Positions 1 to 10,045 of a DNA stretch of 25,188 bases are shown here, in pieces. Both the position numbers and the translations under genes were made by a program. Where the stretch lies: the IMG/VR virus record IMGVR_UViG_2547132281_000006, positions 1 to 25,188 of that record; one strand, written 5' to 3'. This DNA comes from a virus. Lineage: Duplodnaviria > Heunggongvirae > Uroviricota > Caudoviricetes. Position 1 is the stretch's first letter; every line of letters starts with the position of its first letter. The notes beneath the pieces are model-generated. The model was not told where the DNA came from and searched no databases. It saw only the letters and a list, made by a program, of their open reading frames with translations.

Positions 1-267
1 TTACTCTGCAGGTGAAGTCGGCCACTCAATATCAGGTGCAGTTGATGTATCAACACGATTCAACAATACCCGATATTTATTCCATGCCTCCAGCAACGAT
101 CTTTCTTCCTCCGTTGCGATTTCCAGATCTACAGCATCCTGCAGTGGCGCAATATACTCACTGAATTCCTGGATGTAGAACTGTGTGGTGACGGTCTTCC
201 AGCCATTCGGCTCCTGCTGTATCGAAGCATACCAGGCTATTTCAATATCGCTATGCTGCGGCAGCAT
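1..267 (-). pseudogene. Tail-fibre assembly (Tfa) C-terminal remnant
   Basis: 88-aa ORF; last ~50 aa ([17 protein letters not shown]...[14 protein letters not shown]) closely match the C-terminus of the intact tfa at 1047-1631; first ~35 aa unrelated. DNA 19-163 is ~85% identical to 1061-1205. Confidence 0.6.
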
Positions 268-323
268 TTAACCCCTTGTAATTCATCGCCATAATTGATT
301 TAATTCACAAATAAAACTATAAC

Positions 324-992
324 ATGGTGAAATCAATGAAAAAAAACACAGATGATGGGGCTAAAATTTACACACCACTTACCCTAAAGCTTTATGACTG
401 GTGGGTTTTGGGAGTATCAAATCGGCTTGCATGGGGATGTCCTACAAAGGAACACCTTCTTCCACACTTTCTGGAACATGTAGGTAACAACCATCTGGAT
501 ATTGGTGTTGGAACTGGGTTTTACCTTACTCACGTACCTGAGAGTAGTCTGATATCTTTAATGGATTTGAACGAAGCTAGCCTGAACGCGGCATCTACAA
601 GGGCTGGGGAATCAAAAATTAAACATAAAATTAGCCATGATGTTTTTGAACCTTATCCCGCGGCGTTACATGGTCAATTTGATTCCATTTCCATGTTTTA
701 CCTTCTTCACTGCCTGCCTGGAAATATATCTACAAAAAGCTGTGTAATACGCAATGCGGCGCAGGCCTTAACTGACGATGGAACTCTATACGGAGCCACA
801 ATTCTTGGCGATGGAGTTGTGCACAATAGCTTCGGTCAAAAACTGATGCGCATTTACAATCAGAAAGGCATCTTTTCAAACACAAAAGATTCCGAAGAAG
901 GCTTAACACATATACTCTCAGAGCATTTCGAGAATGTTAAAACCAAGGTTCAAGGTACTGTAGTAATGTTTTCCGCTTCAGGGAAAAAATAG
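324..992 (+). CDS. Class I SAM-dependent methyltransferase (YbcY-like), plus-strand moron between tfa copies
   Basis: 222-aa ORF with glycine-rich SAM-binding motif LDIGVGTGFY near residue 58; alternative start ATG at 336 preceded by GGTGA. Strand opposite to the late operon. Confidence 0.7.
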   Translation: MVKSMKKNTDDGAKIYTPLTLKLYDWWVLGVSNRLAWGCPTKEHLLPHFLEHVGNNHLDIGVGTGFYLTHVPESSLISLMDLNEASLNAASTRAGESKIKHKISHDVFEPYPAALHGQFDSISMFYLLHCLPGNISTKSCVIRNAAQALTDDGTLYGATILGDGVVHNSFGQKLMRIYNQKGIFSNTKDSEEGLTHILSEHFENVKTKVQGTVVMFSASGKK

Positions 993-999
993 CATCCAA

Positions 1000-1032
1000 C
1001 CGCAGCACGTTCTTGCTTAAGACGTGCTGCGG
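1000..1032. terminator. Stable stem-loop between convergent MTase and tfa genes (candidate bidirectional terminator)
   Basis: Perfect 11-bp stem CCGCAGCACGT / ACGTGCTGCGG with 11-nt loop; T-run follows on the minus strand (complement of GGGAAAAAATAG). Confidence 0.4.
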
Positions 1033-1046
1033 CATAATCCCAATGA

Positions 1047-1631
1047 TTACTCCCTGACAGGGTTCGTAGGCCACTCAATATCAGGTGCAGTTGATGTATC
1101 AACACGGTTCAGCAACACCCGATACTTTTTCCAGGCTTCCAGCAATGAGGTTTCTTCCTCCGTTGCAATTTCCAGATCTGCAGCATCCTGAAGCGGCGCA
1201 ATATGCTCACTGGCTACCTGCATCAGGTTGTTTTTTGTTTCTTCCGCCTCCCGGATCCGGAACAGTTTTTCTGCTTCTGCATCTTTCACCCAGGTTGTGC
1301 CGTTCCACTTCTGAAACTCCCCTTCCGGCGATAACCAGGTAACATTTTCCGGTAATAAGCCGAGTTCAGAAATAAATAACGCGTCGCCGGAAGCTACGTC
1401 ATAAACCGTTTTACCCCGATGATCTTCAACGAGATGCCACGATGCCTCATCACTGTTGAAAACAGCCACAAAGCCAGCCGGAATATCTGGCGGTGCAATA
1501 TCGGTACTGTTTGCTGGCAGACCTGTATGAGGCGGAATATATGCGTCACCTTCACCAATAAATTCATTAGTTCCGGCCAGCAGATTATAAATTTTTATGG
1601 TCCGTGCTTGTTCACTCATTCTGAATGCCAT
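1047..1631 (-). CDS. tfa: Tail fibre assembly protein (lambda Tfa family)
   Basis: 194-aa ORF with typical Tfa N-terminus ([36 protein letters not shown]) and conserved C-terminal block. Confidence 0.85.
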   Translation of the reverse strand: MAFRMSEQARTIKIYNLLAGTNEFIGEGDAYIPPHTGLPANSTDIAPPDIPAGFVAVFNSDEASWHLVEDHRGKTVYDVASGDALFISELGLLPENVTWLSPEGEFQKWNGTTWVKDAEAEKLFRIREAEETKNNLMQVASEHIAPLQDAADLEIATEEETSLLEAWKKYRVLLNRVDTSTAPDIEWPTNPVRE

Positions 1632-1641
1632 TATGCAAGCC

Positions 1642-1881
1642 TCACAATATAGTTAAATGCGATGTTTTTGACGGTGTTTTCCGCGTTACCAGCAGCGTTA
1701 ACGGTGATGGTGTGTCCATGTGAACCAATCGCACCGGCGTTTTTCCGGTAATTTTGTCCAGCATCACCTCTTCGGTGTGGAAATTCACCGTACGGCGGAA
1801 AAACAGCTCCAGAAACAGCGCACGGAATTTAACTTTTTGTTCGGTATAACCGAGTAACTGGCGGGTCGTAAACAATCCCAT
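1642..1881 (-). pseudogene. Major capsid protein (lambda E-like), N-terminal ~55 codons only; deletion junction
   Basis: [41 protein letters not shown] resembles the recalled lambda E N-terminus; similarity stops after ~55 aa and the ORF ends 11 bp before tfa. Confidence 0.7.
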
Positions 1882-1938
1882 AAATCAGTTCCTTTCATTA
1901 AGAAATCAGTCAGGCCAACGCGGTGGCCTGATAACGTG

Positions 1939-2286
1939 TTACGGCAGCGCCGCGTGACTCAGGGCACTGCCGGTAAAGGCGTTGGCCTTTTTGTGTTCAT
2001 CCACACTTTCAGGCCAGCGGATTGCCTCCGTCGCAAAGGTCCCCGACTTGTAATAGGTCAGCACCGCCTCTGTGCCTTCAAGCGGCAGTACCAGTATGCC
2101 AACCGCACTACCGGCTTTCTGTCCGTCCCAGACCACCAGTTTCCCGGTGGCCCCATCCAGCATCAGGGGTGTCAGTGCCGGTGTTGCCGAGGAAATCCCG
2201 CTGCTGCCTGTGGCGGTGTGAGCCGGATCATTACCGGCAAAAATACGTACTTCCGCACGCTGTTCAGTGATGGTTTTCGTCACCAT
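1939..2286 (-). CDS. D: Head decoration protein (lambda D-like)
   Basis: 115 aa; NDPAHTATG...TPLMLD...KLVVWDG...AVGIL...YKSGTF matches recalled lambda gpD motifs; sits between protease C and the capsid-gene remnant. Confidence 0.85.
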   Translation of the reverse strand: MVTKTITEQRAEVRIFAGNDPAHTATGSSGISSATPALTPLMLDGATGKLVVWDGQKAGSAVGILVLPLEGTEAVLTYYKSGTFATEAIRWPESVDEHKKANAFTGSALSHAALP

Positions 2287-2322
2287 ATTGTTAAAACCTC
2301 GTATTGATGTTCAGCACTGACT

Positions 2323-3828
2323 TCATGGCATGGCCATGAGCATTTTCACGTCCGCATCACCGTCTTCTGACGCCTGTGACACGCCCCCCTGGACCGCAGC
2401 CGGTGAATGGTTCGCCATGAAATGTTCAAACAGGGCGGTTGTGGATGCAGAGACCGGTTCTGCCTTACCTGATCCCGCAGCCAGCACAGCCCGGGCGCTC
2501 TCCACGGTCATTCCCGGGCAGGCAGCCAGCTGTTCAGCCTGCGCCTCAGCCCCTTTTGCCTCATCCAGGGCCATGATCTGATCACGGAGTGATGGTCCGG
2601 CATTCGCCTGCGGTGAAGCAGCCAGGATCGGGCGGGCTTTTTCCACCGTCATCTCCGGCATCGCCGCCAGCGTTACTGCCAGTTGTTCACGACCGTTCGC
2701 TTCTTCACACGCCATAATGCGATCGGCTTCACTCTGCGCGGATGCCACCGGCTGCTGCGGTGCCGCCGCGGCCAGAATCGCCCGGGCCTGTTCAACGCTC
2801 ATGCCCTGTTGCCCTGCCAGCATCGTGGCAAGCTGTTCACGTCCTTTCGCTTCCTGGCATGTCAGGATCCCCATCACTCGCTGGTTCTCCTGCACGGCGG
2901 CTTCCGTTGCAGTTAATTGCGGCATAGTGCCTCCTCTGACATTACTGTTCAGCGCCGTGGCCATCACACTGATGGCATCCGACGCATTGATTAATTCATC
3001 CGCCAGCCCGGCCTCAATGCCGGACTGACCTTCAAAAACGGCGGCCTCTGTTCCCGTGACCGCATCCACAGACAACCCGGTATACATCGCCACTTTTTCG
3101 GCAAACATCCGGTGCGCCGCATCAATCCGCTGCTGCATATCCTGGCGAACCTCTGCCGGCAACGCTTCAAACTGATTGCCATCCACCTTGTGCGCCCCGG
3201 CATAAATCAGCGTGATATCCACACCGGCCTGCGCCAGATGACCGGCATAGCTGACATGGCTCATCATCACGCCAATGGAGCCGATACGGGATGTCTGGGT
3301 AACCAGCCGTCGGGAGCAGGCCGACGCCAGCAGCATGGCTGCAGAACAGGCCGTGTCATTGCACAGTGCCCAGACCGGCTTCTGCTGACGGAGGCGGTAA
3401 ATCATGTCAGCGCAGTCAAACGCGCCGGCGGCCTGCCCGCCCGGACTGTCAATGTCCAGCAGTATGCCCCGCACCTGGCTATCTGCCATTGCCTGCTGAA
3501 GACAGGCGACAATGCCGTCATAGCCAGTCATTCCGGAAAATGGCCGCATCCCCCCCAGCCGGTGCACCAGCGTGCCGCTCACCGGCAGTACCGCAATACC
3601 GTTCACCACCCGGTAAACACGGGCCGGTCGTTTACCTCCGGCCATGTACTCGTCCGTTTCAGCCAGCATTCCGGGAGCATCAAGCTGTACCTGCTGTTGT
3701 GGTACCGAAAGACTTGCTGCCCCCATCTCGCGCCCGAGCGCGCAAAAGAAAACCCGCGCATAGGCGGGCTCCAGAAGCAGCGGTTCATTGAATGCTGCGG
3801 CAATAATGTGTGAAAGATTACGTCTCAC
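2323..3828 (-). CDS. C: Prohead protease / scaffold (lambda C/Nu3-like, S49 peptidase family) with tandem C-terminal repeats
   Basis: 501 aa; N-terminal S49/ClpP-like region (ILLDIDSPGG...); C-terminal part has three ~33-aa tandem repeats (EAKGREQLA...GMSVEQARAILAA). Confidence 0.85.
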   Translation of the reverse strand: MRRNLSHIIAAAFNEPLLLEPAYARVFFCALGREMGAASLSVPQQQVQLDAPGMLAETDEYMAGGKRPARVYRVVNGIAVLPVSGTLVHRLGGMRPFSGMTGYDGIVACLQQAMADSQVRGILLDIDSPGGQAAGAFDCADMIYRLRQQKPVWALCNDTACSAAMLLASACSRRLVTQTSRIGSIGVMMSHVSYAGHLAQAGVDITLIYAGAHKVDGNQFEALPAEVRQDMQQRIDAAHRMFAEKVAMYTGLSVDAVTGTEAAVFEGQSGIEAGLADELINASDAISVMATALNSNVRGGTMPQLTATEAAVQENQRVMGILTCQEAKGREQLATMLAGQQGMSVEQARAILAAAAPQQPVASAQSEADRIMACEEANGREQLAVTLAAMPEMTVEKARPILAASPQANAGPSLRDQIMALDEAKGAEAQAEQLAACPGMTVESARAVLAAGSGKAEPVSASTTALFEHFMANHSPAAVQGGVSQASEDGDADVKMLMAMP

Positions 3829-5410
3829 GTGGTGTTGTCTCCTCTTCCGGCCTGCGACTCTCCGCTATCTGCTGCTGATACGCCTGCGCTATCCACACCG
3901 GACGTGAGAGTCCGGCTTTTTCCCGCTCTGCAGATTCCCTGACCTGCTGGCGGAAAATGTCCTGATAATCCTCGCCCATCAGCGCCAGCTCTTTCTCATA
4001 CGTGCTCAGTCCGGCCTCAATGCGCATCACTGATTCCTGAACCTCCTTGAGCCCGTCAATGGCCATTCTTCCGGCTCCAATCCACTCAGCCCGTGACCAG
4101 GCTGATCGCGCCTGATAAAAATCAAAACGTGCCCGTGGCGGACGAATAATCCCCCGAAGAAGTGCCTCTTCCAGCCAGCAGGAAAACATCTGCGTGGCCA
4201 GCCGGGACGCAATAAATTTTCGCCGCCCCATAAAATAGCGCCACGACTCATTGGCGGAGGCGCGGGCACTTGAATAACTGACCTTCGAGTAATCACGGGA
4301 CAACTGTTCGTAGGAAACGCCAAGACCGGCGGCGATATACCGCAGCAGCGCCTGTTCAAGCGCCGAAAATCCATTGTCTGAATCCTGCGCGGTCTGAAGT
4401 TTCAGATCATCACCGGGGAAAAGGTGCGGAATTTTGACACCGCCCAGCGTCACGTGATTCGTGTCATACCAGGTGGAGAACTTATCCAGAATATTAATAA
4501 GCGGATTATCCTTCTGCCCCTGCGGCGCACCGGCGATATATTCAAAGGCCTTTTCGGTATCAAGTTCACTTTCAATCGTCGCTGCATACATCGCCTTCAC
4601 TATGGCCGACTGAAGCTGTGTTGCCTGCAGGGAATCGAGCATCTTCAGCCGTTCCATGACGCTGTAAAACTGATTAGCCCCACGGGTCTGCCCGTCCTCC
4701 ACCGGCTCGAAAATATGCAGCATGGCCGGACGCCCGGTGGGAAGTTCACGCGGGATCCGTTCCCATCGTCCACTACCAGAGAACGGAAAATCGTCCTCAC
4801 AGATATGGTACGCGACGGCACGGCCATATCGATCGACCTCCACACCGGCCCGCAGAAAACGGTTCCCCATACCGTGTCCAGGCGTGTCCACCCGTTTCGG
4901 ACTCACGGCTTTAAAACGCGTACGGAATAACTGCGTGGTTTCCGTATCCCAGACCGGCTGCACAAAGATTTCGCCGTTAAACGCATGAACGCCCACACCT
5001 TCACGGATAAATTCCGTGAACGTGCGTTTTACTTCCACGTCGATCTCACCAAACATCCCTTCGGCGTATTCCGACCAGGCCGCCTCCACCTCATCGACAA
5101 AGCTTTTTGCTGCGGTCTCCCGCATCCCCAGCCAGCGCCAGTTCGGACGGTAGCTGATCAGAAACATATGCCCGACAATGTGATCCTTATGCAGAGCCAC
5201 CGCATTAGCCGCTATTCCGTTATTGCGCACCAGATCATCTGCCCGGGCATTCCCCAGACGCAACGCGGGTAGCAGGGCCGCATCGGCACTCTGCGCCGGT
5301 GGCAACCACTCCGCCATTTGCCCGCCAAATCCTGCGCCGCCCCCGTTGTAGCTGAGACTCTCACGAAGCGGAACGCCGTTCACATCAATCAGGACAGGCG
5401 TTCGTTTCAT
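3818..5410 (-). CDS. B: Portal protein (lambda B-like)
   Basis: 530 aa; co-linear with recalled lambda gpB (YNGGGAGFGGQ, GNARADDLVRNNG, FEPVEDGQTRGAN, LRYIAAGLGVSYEQLSR). Confidence 0.9.
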   Translation of the reverse strand: MKRTPVLIDVNGVPLRESLSYNGGGAGFGGQMAEWLPPAQSADAALLPALRLGNARADDLVRNNGIAANAVALHKDHIVGHMFLISYRPNWRWLGMRETAAKSFVDEVEAAWSEYAEGMFGEIDVEVKRTFTEFIREGVGVHAFNGEIFVQPVWDTETTQLFRTRFKAVSPKRVDTPGHGMGNRFLRAGVEVDRYGRAVAYHICEDDFPFSGSGRWERIPRELPTGRPAMLHIFEPVEDGQTRGANQFYSVMERLKMLDSLQATQLQSAIVKAMYAATIESELDTEKAFEYIAGAPQGQKDNPLINILDKFSTWYDTNHVTLGGVKIPHLFPGDDLKLQTAQDSDNGFSALEQALLRYIAAGLGVSYEQLSRDYSKVSYSSARASANESWRYFMGRRKFIASRLATQMFSCWLEEALLRGIIRPPRARFDFYQARSAWSRAEWIGAGRMAIDGLKEVQESVMRIEAGLSTYEKELALMGEDYQDIFRQQVRESAEREKAGLSRPVWIAQAYQQQIAESRRPEEETTPRET

Positions 5411-5613
5411 AACCTCACTCCCAGCGGACGACGGCGACGTCGGGTTGTCCCCAGTACCGACTCCGCATCATTGATCGCCCGGTTAAGCTCATCCAGAGAA
5501 GCCGCCGTATATTCAATTCTGCGACCATCTTTCTGGACAGACACCACCCGTTTACCGGTTAATAAATCAAGGCGCGCCTGACGCAGCGCCTGTAGTTCAG
5601 CGACTGTAACCAT
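5407..5613 (-). CDS. W: Head-tail joining protein W (lambda gpW-like)
   Basis: 68 aa, same length as lambda W; LTGKRVVSVQKDGRRIEYTAASL matches the recalled lambda block; overlaps the portal start by 4 nt. Confidence 0.85.
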   Translation of the reverse strand: MVTVAELQALRQARLDLLTGKRVVSVQKDGRRIEYTAASLDELNRAINDAESVLGTTRRRRRPLGVRL

Positions 5614-7525
5614 TCACTCCTCCGGACAGCTTCGCTGCCAGTTCTTTAAGGGTTGGCCGGGTCGTCTCTTCTTCCCGGGATTTTGCCAGTACAGCCAGAT
5701 CAAGCTGCCAGCGTTGCACGGACACACGTAATGCCGCATAGGCATACACCAGGCAGTCCAGCGCTTCGTTACGCCGCTTTTTGTTATCCCACAGCAGACG
5801 CATCTTTCCTTTTTCCCACTTCTCCACAAGCTCTTCCGCGACCAGTTGCTGCGCCTCTGTCTGCGAAAAAATCTCCGGATCATCAGGAAAACGGATGGCA
5901 TACGACGTGGCTTCATCCGCAGGCGTGGGATCGGCTTTCATACGGGCATAGAGAATTTCTTTTGCGGTGTCCGTCCCCACTTCACACAGATACACGCCCC
6001 GCTGATTGCGGGTTTTCGGCATGGTGATCACCGGCTTGCCATAGACAGATGCGCCTTTTACCGGCAGCACCCGGAAAACACCGTGTTTTTTTGACCTCTG
6101 ATAGACAATTTCACCATCGATCCCCCCGGTGTCCCAGCAGACACGGGAAATGGTCATTTCGGTTCCGTCTGCATGGCAGTATTTTTTGTTGATCGCCGCA
6201 TCCACACGTAACAGCGTCTCTTCCTCATCGGGACGGCCCATAATGATGATTTTATCCACCAGAAAAGCTTCCTCTCCCGGTGCCCATCCCCAGACATACA
6301 TCTCAAAACGGTTTCGCTGCGAGTCAATGCCCGCCGTCAGATAAACCACCCGGGCTGGCACCGCCGCCGTGTAATGCACGACCTTATCCATCAGTACCTG
6401 GTGATCGAGTTTTTCGCCCACGGCCTCTTCCCAGGTCTCGCCCAGCGTGGTGTTCACAAAGGTTTTCAGGCCGTTGGGATCTTTCAGTGCATCCAGCCAG
6501 TCATAGACTATCTGTACCCAGGTGGTGAACGGACTGTACGCCGTCCAGATATGGAACGTGATGGAGCGCGGCGGCGGAATTTCATTATCCGCGGCGCTGA
6601 AAAACGTCAGACCGTCACGGGTCCACATCCCCGTGTTTTCACAGATCCACCGCCCGTTGCTCTGGTCAAGCTCAGACTGATGGATCACGCAGCCATGATG
6701 TTCACAGAGGTAGAAAACGCTTTCGGGGCTGTCCTTCTCCCATTTAAGGCCAAAAGGCGTGGATTCATCGCCAAATTTCAGATACTGCTCCTCCCCACAG
6801 TGTGGGCAGGGCACATAAAAACGCATGAAATGCGCCGACTCGTTGGCCGCTTTTTCGATCTGGCAGGTGCCTTTGATTTTAGGCGTCGAGCCGCGAATGG
6901 ATTTGGGCCATACAGAGCCCTCAATACGTTTATCCCCAAGCAGGGTTGGCGAACCCTCTTTTTCGACATCCGGTTCGAACGAGGAAAGTTCGTCATAGCA
7001 GACCACGTCCACGGATTTTTCACGGTAGTTTTTAGCGGCAGCCCCGCCCAGGCACCAGAAGCCCACGCCCGATGAAAAACGTTTCAGCGTGAGGGTATTA
7101 TCACGATGTTTACGCCCAAACCACGGTGCAAGATCGAGTAAAACCGGCACATCCCTGATCGTGGGTTCCACATGAGATTTCATAAAATCTTCAGCAGCAG
7201 AATCCGTGGGCTGGAAAAGAAGGCTGTTGCGTGATTTATGCTCAATAAAATAAGCCTCCACTCCCAGCAACATCTTTGTATAACCAACACGGGCAGATTT
7301 AATCAGATTAACAGTGCGGATCCGGTCATTCCCCATGCTGTTCATGATGGCAACCTGAAACGGCAGTGTTTCCCACCGCCCCGGGGTGTAAGATGACTCT
7401 TTCGGAAGGTAATAATGTCGATCTGCCCACTGAACTGTCGTCAGAGGGACAGGAATTTTTAGCGCAAGGAGGCCGGTTGCTATCGCTCCTGCAGAATTAG
7501 CCGCCCTCAGTTCGTCTGAAATCAT
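5597..7525 (-). CDS. A: Terminase large subunit (lambda A-like)
   Basis: Start chosen at ATG 7525 so that 42 residues precede YYLPK as in lambda A; the longest ORF extends to 7567. Strong similarity throughout. Confidence 0.9.
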   Translation of the reverse strand: MISDELRAANSAGAIATGLLALKIPVPLTTVQWADRHYYLPKESSYTPGRWETLPFQVAIMNSMGNDRIRTVNLIKSARVGYTKMLLGVEAYFIEHKSRNSLLFQPTDSAAEDFMKSHVEPTIRDVPVLLDLAPWFGRKHRDNTLTLKRFSSGVGFWCLGGAAAKNYREKSVDVVCYDELSSFEPDVEKEGSPTLLGDKRIEGSVWPKSIRGSTPKIKGTCQIEKAANESAHFMRFYVPCPHCGEEQYLKFGDESTPFGLKWEKDSPESVFYLCEHHGCVIHQSELDQSNGRWICENTGMWTRDGLTFFSAADNEIPPPRSITFHIWTAYSPFTTWVQIVYDWLDALKDPNGLKTFVNTTLGETWEEAVGEKLDHQVLMDKVVHYTAAVPARVVYLTAGIDSQRNRFEMYVWGWAPGEEAFLVDKIIIMGRPDEEETLLRVDAAINKKYCHADGTEMTISRVCWDTGGIDGEIVYQRSKKHGVFRVLPVKGASVYGKPVITMPKTRNQRGVYLCEVGTDTAKEILYARMKADPTPADEATSYAIRFPDDPEIFSQTEAQQLVAEELVEKWEKGKMRLLWDNKKRRNEALDCLVYAYAALRVSVQRWQLDLAVLAKSREEETTRPTLKELAAKLSGGVNGYSR

Positions 7526-8045
7526 CAATCCACCTGCGCACATTCTCACCGGCTTCAGAAGCCACATCGGATGCTTTCGCGATTTCAGTTTTCACAGCAT
7601 CAAGATGTACGGGTGATATATCAGGGTATTTACGCTGCAGTGTCTGAGGGACACGGACAAGGATCCCTGATATATTCTGTGCCACTCGCTGAAAGATGTA
7701 GGTAAATAACTCCGTCTCGAGGACAAGGCCTTCCTCACGAGCATTTTTCAGCTCCTGTGCATCGGCCTGTGCCTTCGTCAGTCGGTAACGTTCGTAATCA
7801 ATGGTGCCGGGCTGAAGGTCTGATTCGCTGGCAGCCCTCAAATCCTCGATCTCTTTACGGAGTTTTTCGTTTTCAATATCAGCTTCCCTCTGCGCATACC
7901 ACTGAATGGCAGCAGTTGTATCAAAAACTGATTCAGTCCCTTTCCCTCCACCAGAAACTAGTGGTAACCCCTGACTCTGCCAGGCGGTGATGGTCCTGAC
8001 ATCAACGCCAAAAATATCGGCCAGTTTTTTCTTATTGACGTTCAT
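7497..8045 (-). CDS. Nu1: Terminase small subunit (lambda Nu1-like)
   Basis: 182 aa; [36 protein letters not shown] closely matches the recalled lambda Nu1 N-terminus; lies directly downstream of cos. Confidence 0.9.
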   Translation of the reverse strand: MNVNKKKLADIFGVDVRTITAWQSQGLPLVSGGGKGTESVFDTTAAIQWYAQREADIENEKLRKEIEDLRAASESDLQPGTIDYERYRLTKAQADAQELKNAREEGLVLETELFTYIFQRVAQNISGILVRVPQTLQRKYPDISPVHLDAVKTEIAKASDVASEAGENVRRWIDDFRRTEGG

Positions 8046-8059
8046 ACACTCCCCCGGGA

Positions 8060-8240
8060 ACCAGAAAGGATCTGAAAATGGCGTTTTCTAACAAAAACAG
8101 CCTTTGTCAGATCCTTTTATATTTTTAAAATTCTATTGATAATCAATCAGTTAAAAAGAAGAAGAACGGATCTGATTTTTCCCTAAAAATTTTCATAAAT
8201 AGCGAAAACCCGCGAGGTCGCCGCCCCGTAACCGGTCGGA
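8060..8240 (-). other. cos: cos site: cosN (~8215-8226) plus cosB with three GGATCTGA repeats and an AT-rich palindrome
   Basis: Reverse complement of 8191-8237 reads GGGGCGGCGACCTCGCGGGTTTTCGCTATTTATGAAA, matching the recalled lambda left end. Repeat GGATCTGA at 8068-8075, inverted at 8107-8114, direct at 8168-8175; palindrome ATTGATAATCAAT at 8136-8148. Confidence 0.75.
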
Positions 8241-8432
8241 TCGCCGGAAAGGACCCACGAAATGATAATGATTATCATCTATATAAGGTTTATCACAACA
8301 TGTGTGTACGCCATCAAACCACGAGAAATAATCAATTATGACGCAGGTATCGTATTAATTGATCTGCGTCAAATTAACGTAAAAGCAACTTCAGATAATA
8401 CAAATCAGCAACACTGAATATGGGGAAACATT

Positions 8433-8618
8433 ATGTCATCAAAGAACAGAACCCGCAGAACAACAACCCGCAACATCCGATTTCCAAACCAGATGATTGA
8501 ACAAATTAACATCGCTCTTGATCTGAAAGGTTCAGGAAACTTTTCAGCGTGGGTTATTGAAGCCTGCAGAAGAAGGCTGTCAACAGAGAGTTCGGGTATG
8601 AATTACATAATTAAGTAA
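8433..8618 (+). CDS. Small ribbon-helix-helix-like protein (YlcI/YnfO-like)
   Basis: 61 aa; basic N-terminus followed by RNIRFPNQMIEQINIAL...NFSAWVIEACRRRL; GGGGA SD 6 nt upstream; inverted repeat GACGCAG-N17-CTGCGTC at 8341-8371 upstream. Confidence 0.5.
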   Translation: MSSKNRTRRTTTRNIRFPNQMIEQINIALDLKGSGNFSAWVIEACRRRLSTESSGMNYIIK

Positions 8619-9241
8619 CATGGTGTTCACAGAACACGCAGTTACCGGACACATCAGTTTTCCATTCGCTCCCCGGCAGTACAGGCTTCCCCTCTGACGG
8701 GATAGCCTGAAAAAATAACACAGAAAATTATTTGTTATAATTAATATAACTTACTCAAAAAAAAGCGACGAGAAAATCAGCATCAACGAACAATAAGCGC
8801 CAATACGTGATAACAAATGGCAGCCATATTTATCTGCAGTATAAGCAATGGACAGGATAACCACACCAGAAACCGTCAGCATAAAATCCATTTGAACTTC
8901 CCCGGACAAAATCGACTCATCTAAAGATTTACAGCTCTTTTTATTATCAATATGTTAAAAGTAAAATAAACAGATGTTCAATAACACGAATACAAAAACG
9001 TGCTGAAATTCAATGAATCCATTTCTGTGTCATCAATTAATAGTGATAAACATCCGGCTTCTTCCACCATCGCACCGGACAGGCGACTATGAGGGGACAA
9101 CGCCGCGCTCCGTTAACGCGGTAAACCCCGGTGTGTATCGTTTTTGATTATCCCCGCACACTCGCGCAGAGGAGTCTCCCTGTCGGGCTGCGGTCTCTGT
9201 TAATGAGGGAATACAGCGACGATACGGCGCATCAACAAAAC

Positions 9242-9700
9242 TTATTTCAGGCACTGAGTGCGGATATAGTCCTGTGCCCCTTCCAGTTGCTTGTGCATCG
9301 TCATCAGCCGCTCTCTGAGGGTGAAATAATCCCGTGTAACGGTGTCTGCCAGTTGGGGGCCGGTTGCATTATCCACGCCGGAGGTGGTGGGGGCTTCATG
9401 CACGGAGCCTGGACAGGTGGCGTTGATCCGCAGGCGCTTACGACCAGCGGCAACATCAGCGCGCAGAGTTTCATTTTCAGCTCTCGCATCGGATAATTCC
9501 CTCGAGTATTTTGCATCGAGCGCAGCAACATCGCGCTGGCGCACCTGCATATCAGTAATGGTTGCGTTCGCCAGCTTCAGTTCACTGGCTTTGTTATCGC
9601 GCTGCGCTTTGTAGGTAATCGCGTTATCACGGTAATGGTCTGTTGCCATCCACAGCGCACCACAGGCCACCAGCAGAATAACGATAAACGCGGAAAGCAT
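9242..9700 (-). CDS. Rz: Rz i-spanin
   Basis: Start at internal ATG 9700 (the longest ORF extends to 9865). [14 protein letters not shown]...[10 protein letters not shown]...DYFTLRERL...KQLEG closely matches recalled lambda Rz. Confidence 0.9.
   Translation of the reverse strand: MLSAFIVILLVACGALWMATDHYRDNAITYKAQRDNKASELKLANATITDMQVRQRDVAALDAKYSRELSDARAENETLRADVAAGRKRLRINATCPGSVHEAPTTSGVDNATGPQLADTVTRDYFTLRERLMTMHKQLEGAQDYIRTQCLK
9304..9489 (-). CDS. Rz1: Rz1 o-spanin lipoprotein, embedded in Rz in another frame
   Basis: [20 protein letters not shown] lipoprotein signal with lipobox, then [30 protein letters not shown] matching recalled lambda Rz1. Confidence 0.85.
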   Translation of the reverse strand: MRELKMKLCALMLPLVVSACGSTPPVQAPCMKPPPPPAWIMQPAPNWQTPLHGIISPSESG

Positions 9701-10012
9701 TCGGTTTATGTTCACCCCAGCAGCCCCGACGAAGACAACATCACCCAGGCGAAGGACAGAAAAAGAGCAACCAGCATTAGTGAAAATGAAATACCGACAA
9801 TCACACACAGGACCTTTGCCGGCGTTATGAGTTTGTCTGACATAGCTACCCCTTAATTGCCACAATTAACTGGGATACTACCCATAAAAAAGGGATGCTC
9901 CAGACCAGCAAAAATTTCCAGTTTGGTAATTGACTAATCATGAGTCGCAACTCCCTAATCAGTTTGCTAAAATCAATCAAGGCAGCCTCCCATAGCTTAC
10001 TGCCATAAAAAC

Positions 10013-10045
10013 AAAACCCCGCTTGCTGCCAACAAACGGGGTTTT
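10013..10045. terminator. Hairpin with flanking A/T runs between lysozyme and Rz (candidate bidirectional terminator)
   Basis: AAAACCCCG - 15-nt loop - CGGGGTTTT, followed by T-rich sequence on both strands. Confidence 0.4.

Noticed and set aside
1-1631. Invertible tail-fibre segment (Gin/Pin/Min-type shufflon)
   Set aside because: The tfa repeats are direct, not inverted, and no serine invertase gene is present.
3112-3813. Long plus-strand ORFs (233 aa and 141 aa) inside the protease/scaffold gene
   Set aside because: Antisense to a confidently identified gene; Pro/Arg-rich translation typical of GC-rich antisense frames.
6374-7075. 233-aa plus-strand ORF inside terminase large subunit
   Set aside because: Antisense overlap with a highly conserved terminase gene; no independent support.
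9131-9496. 121-aa plus-strand ORF
   Set aside because: Lies antisense across Rz/Rz1, which are strongly supported.
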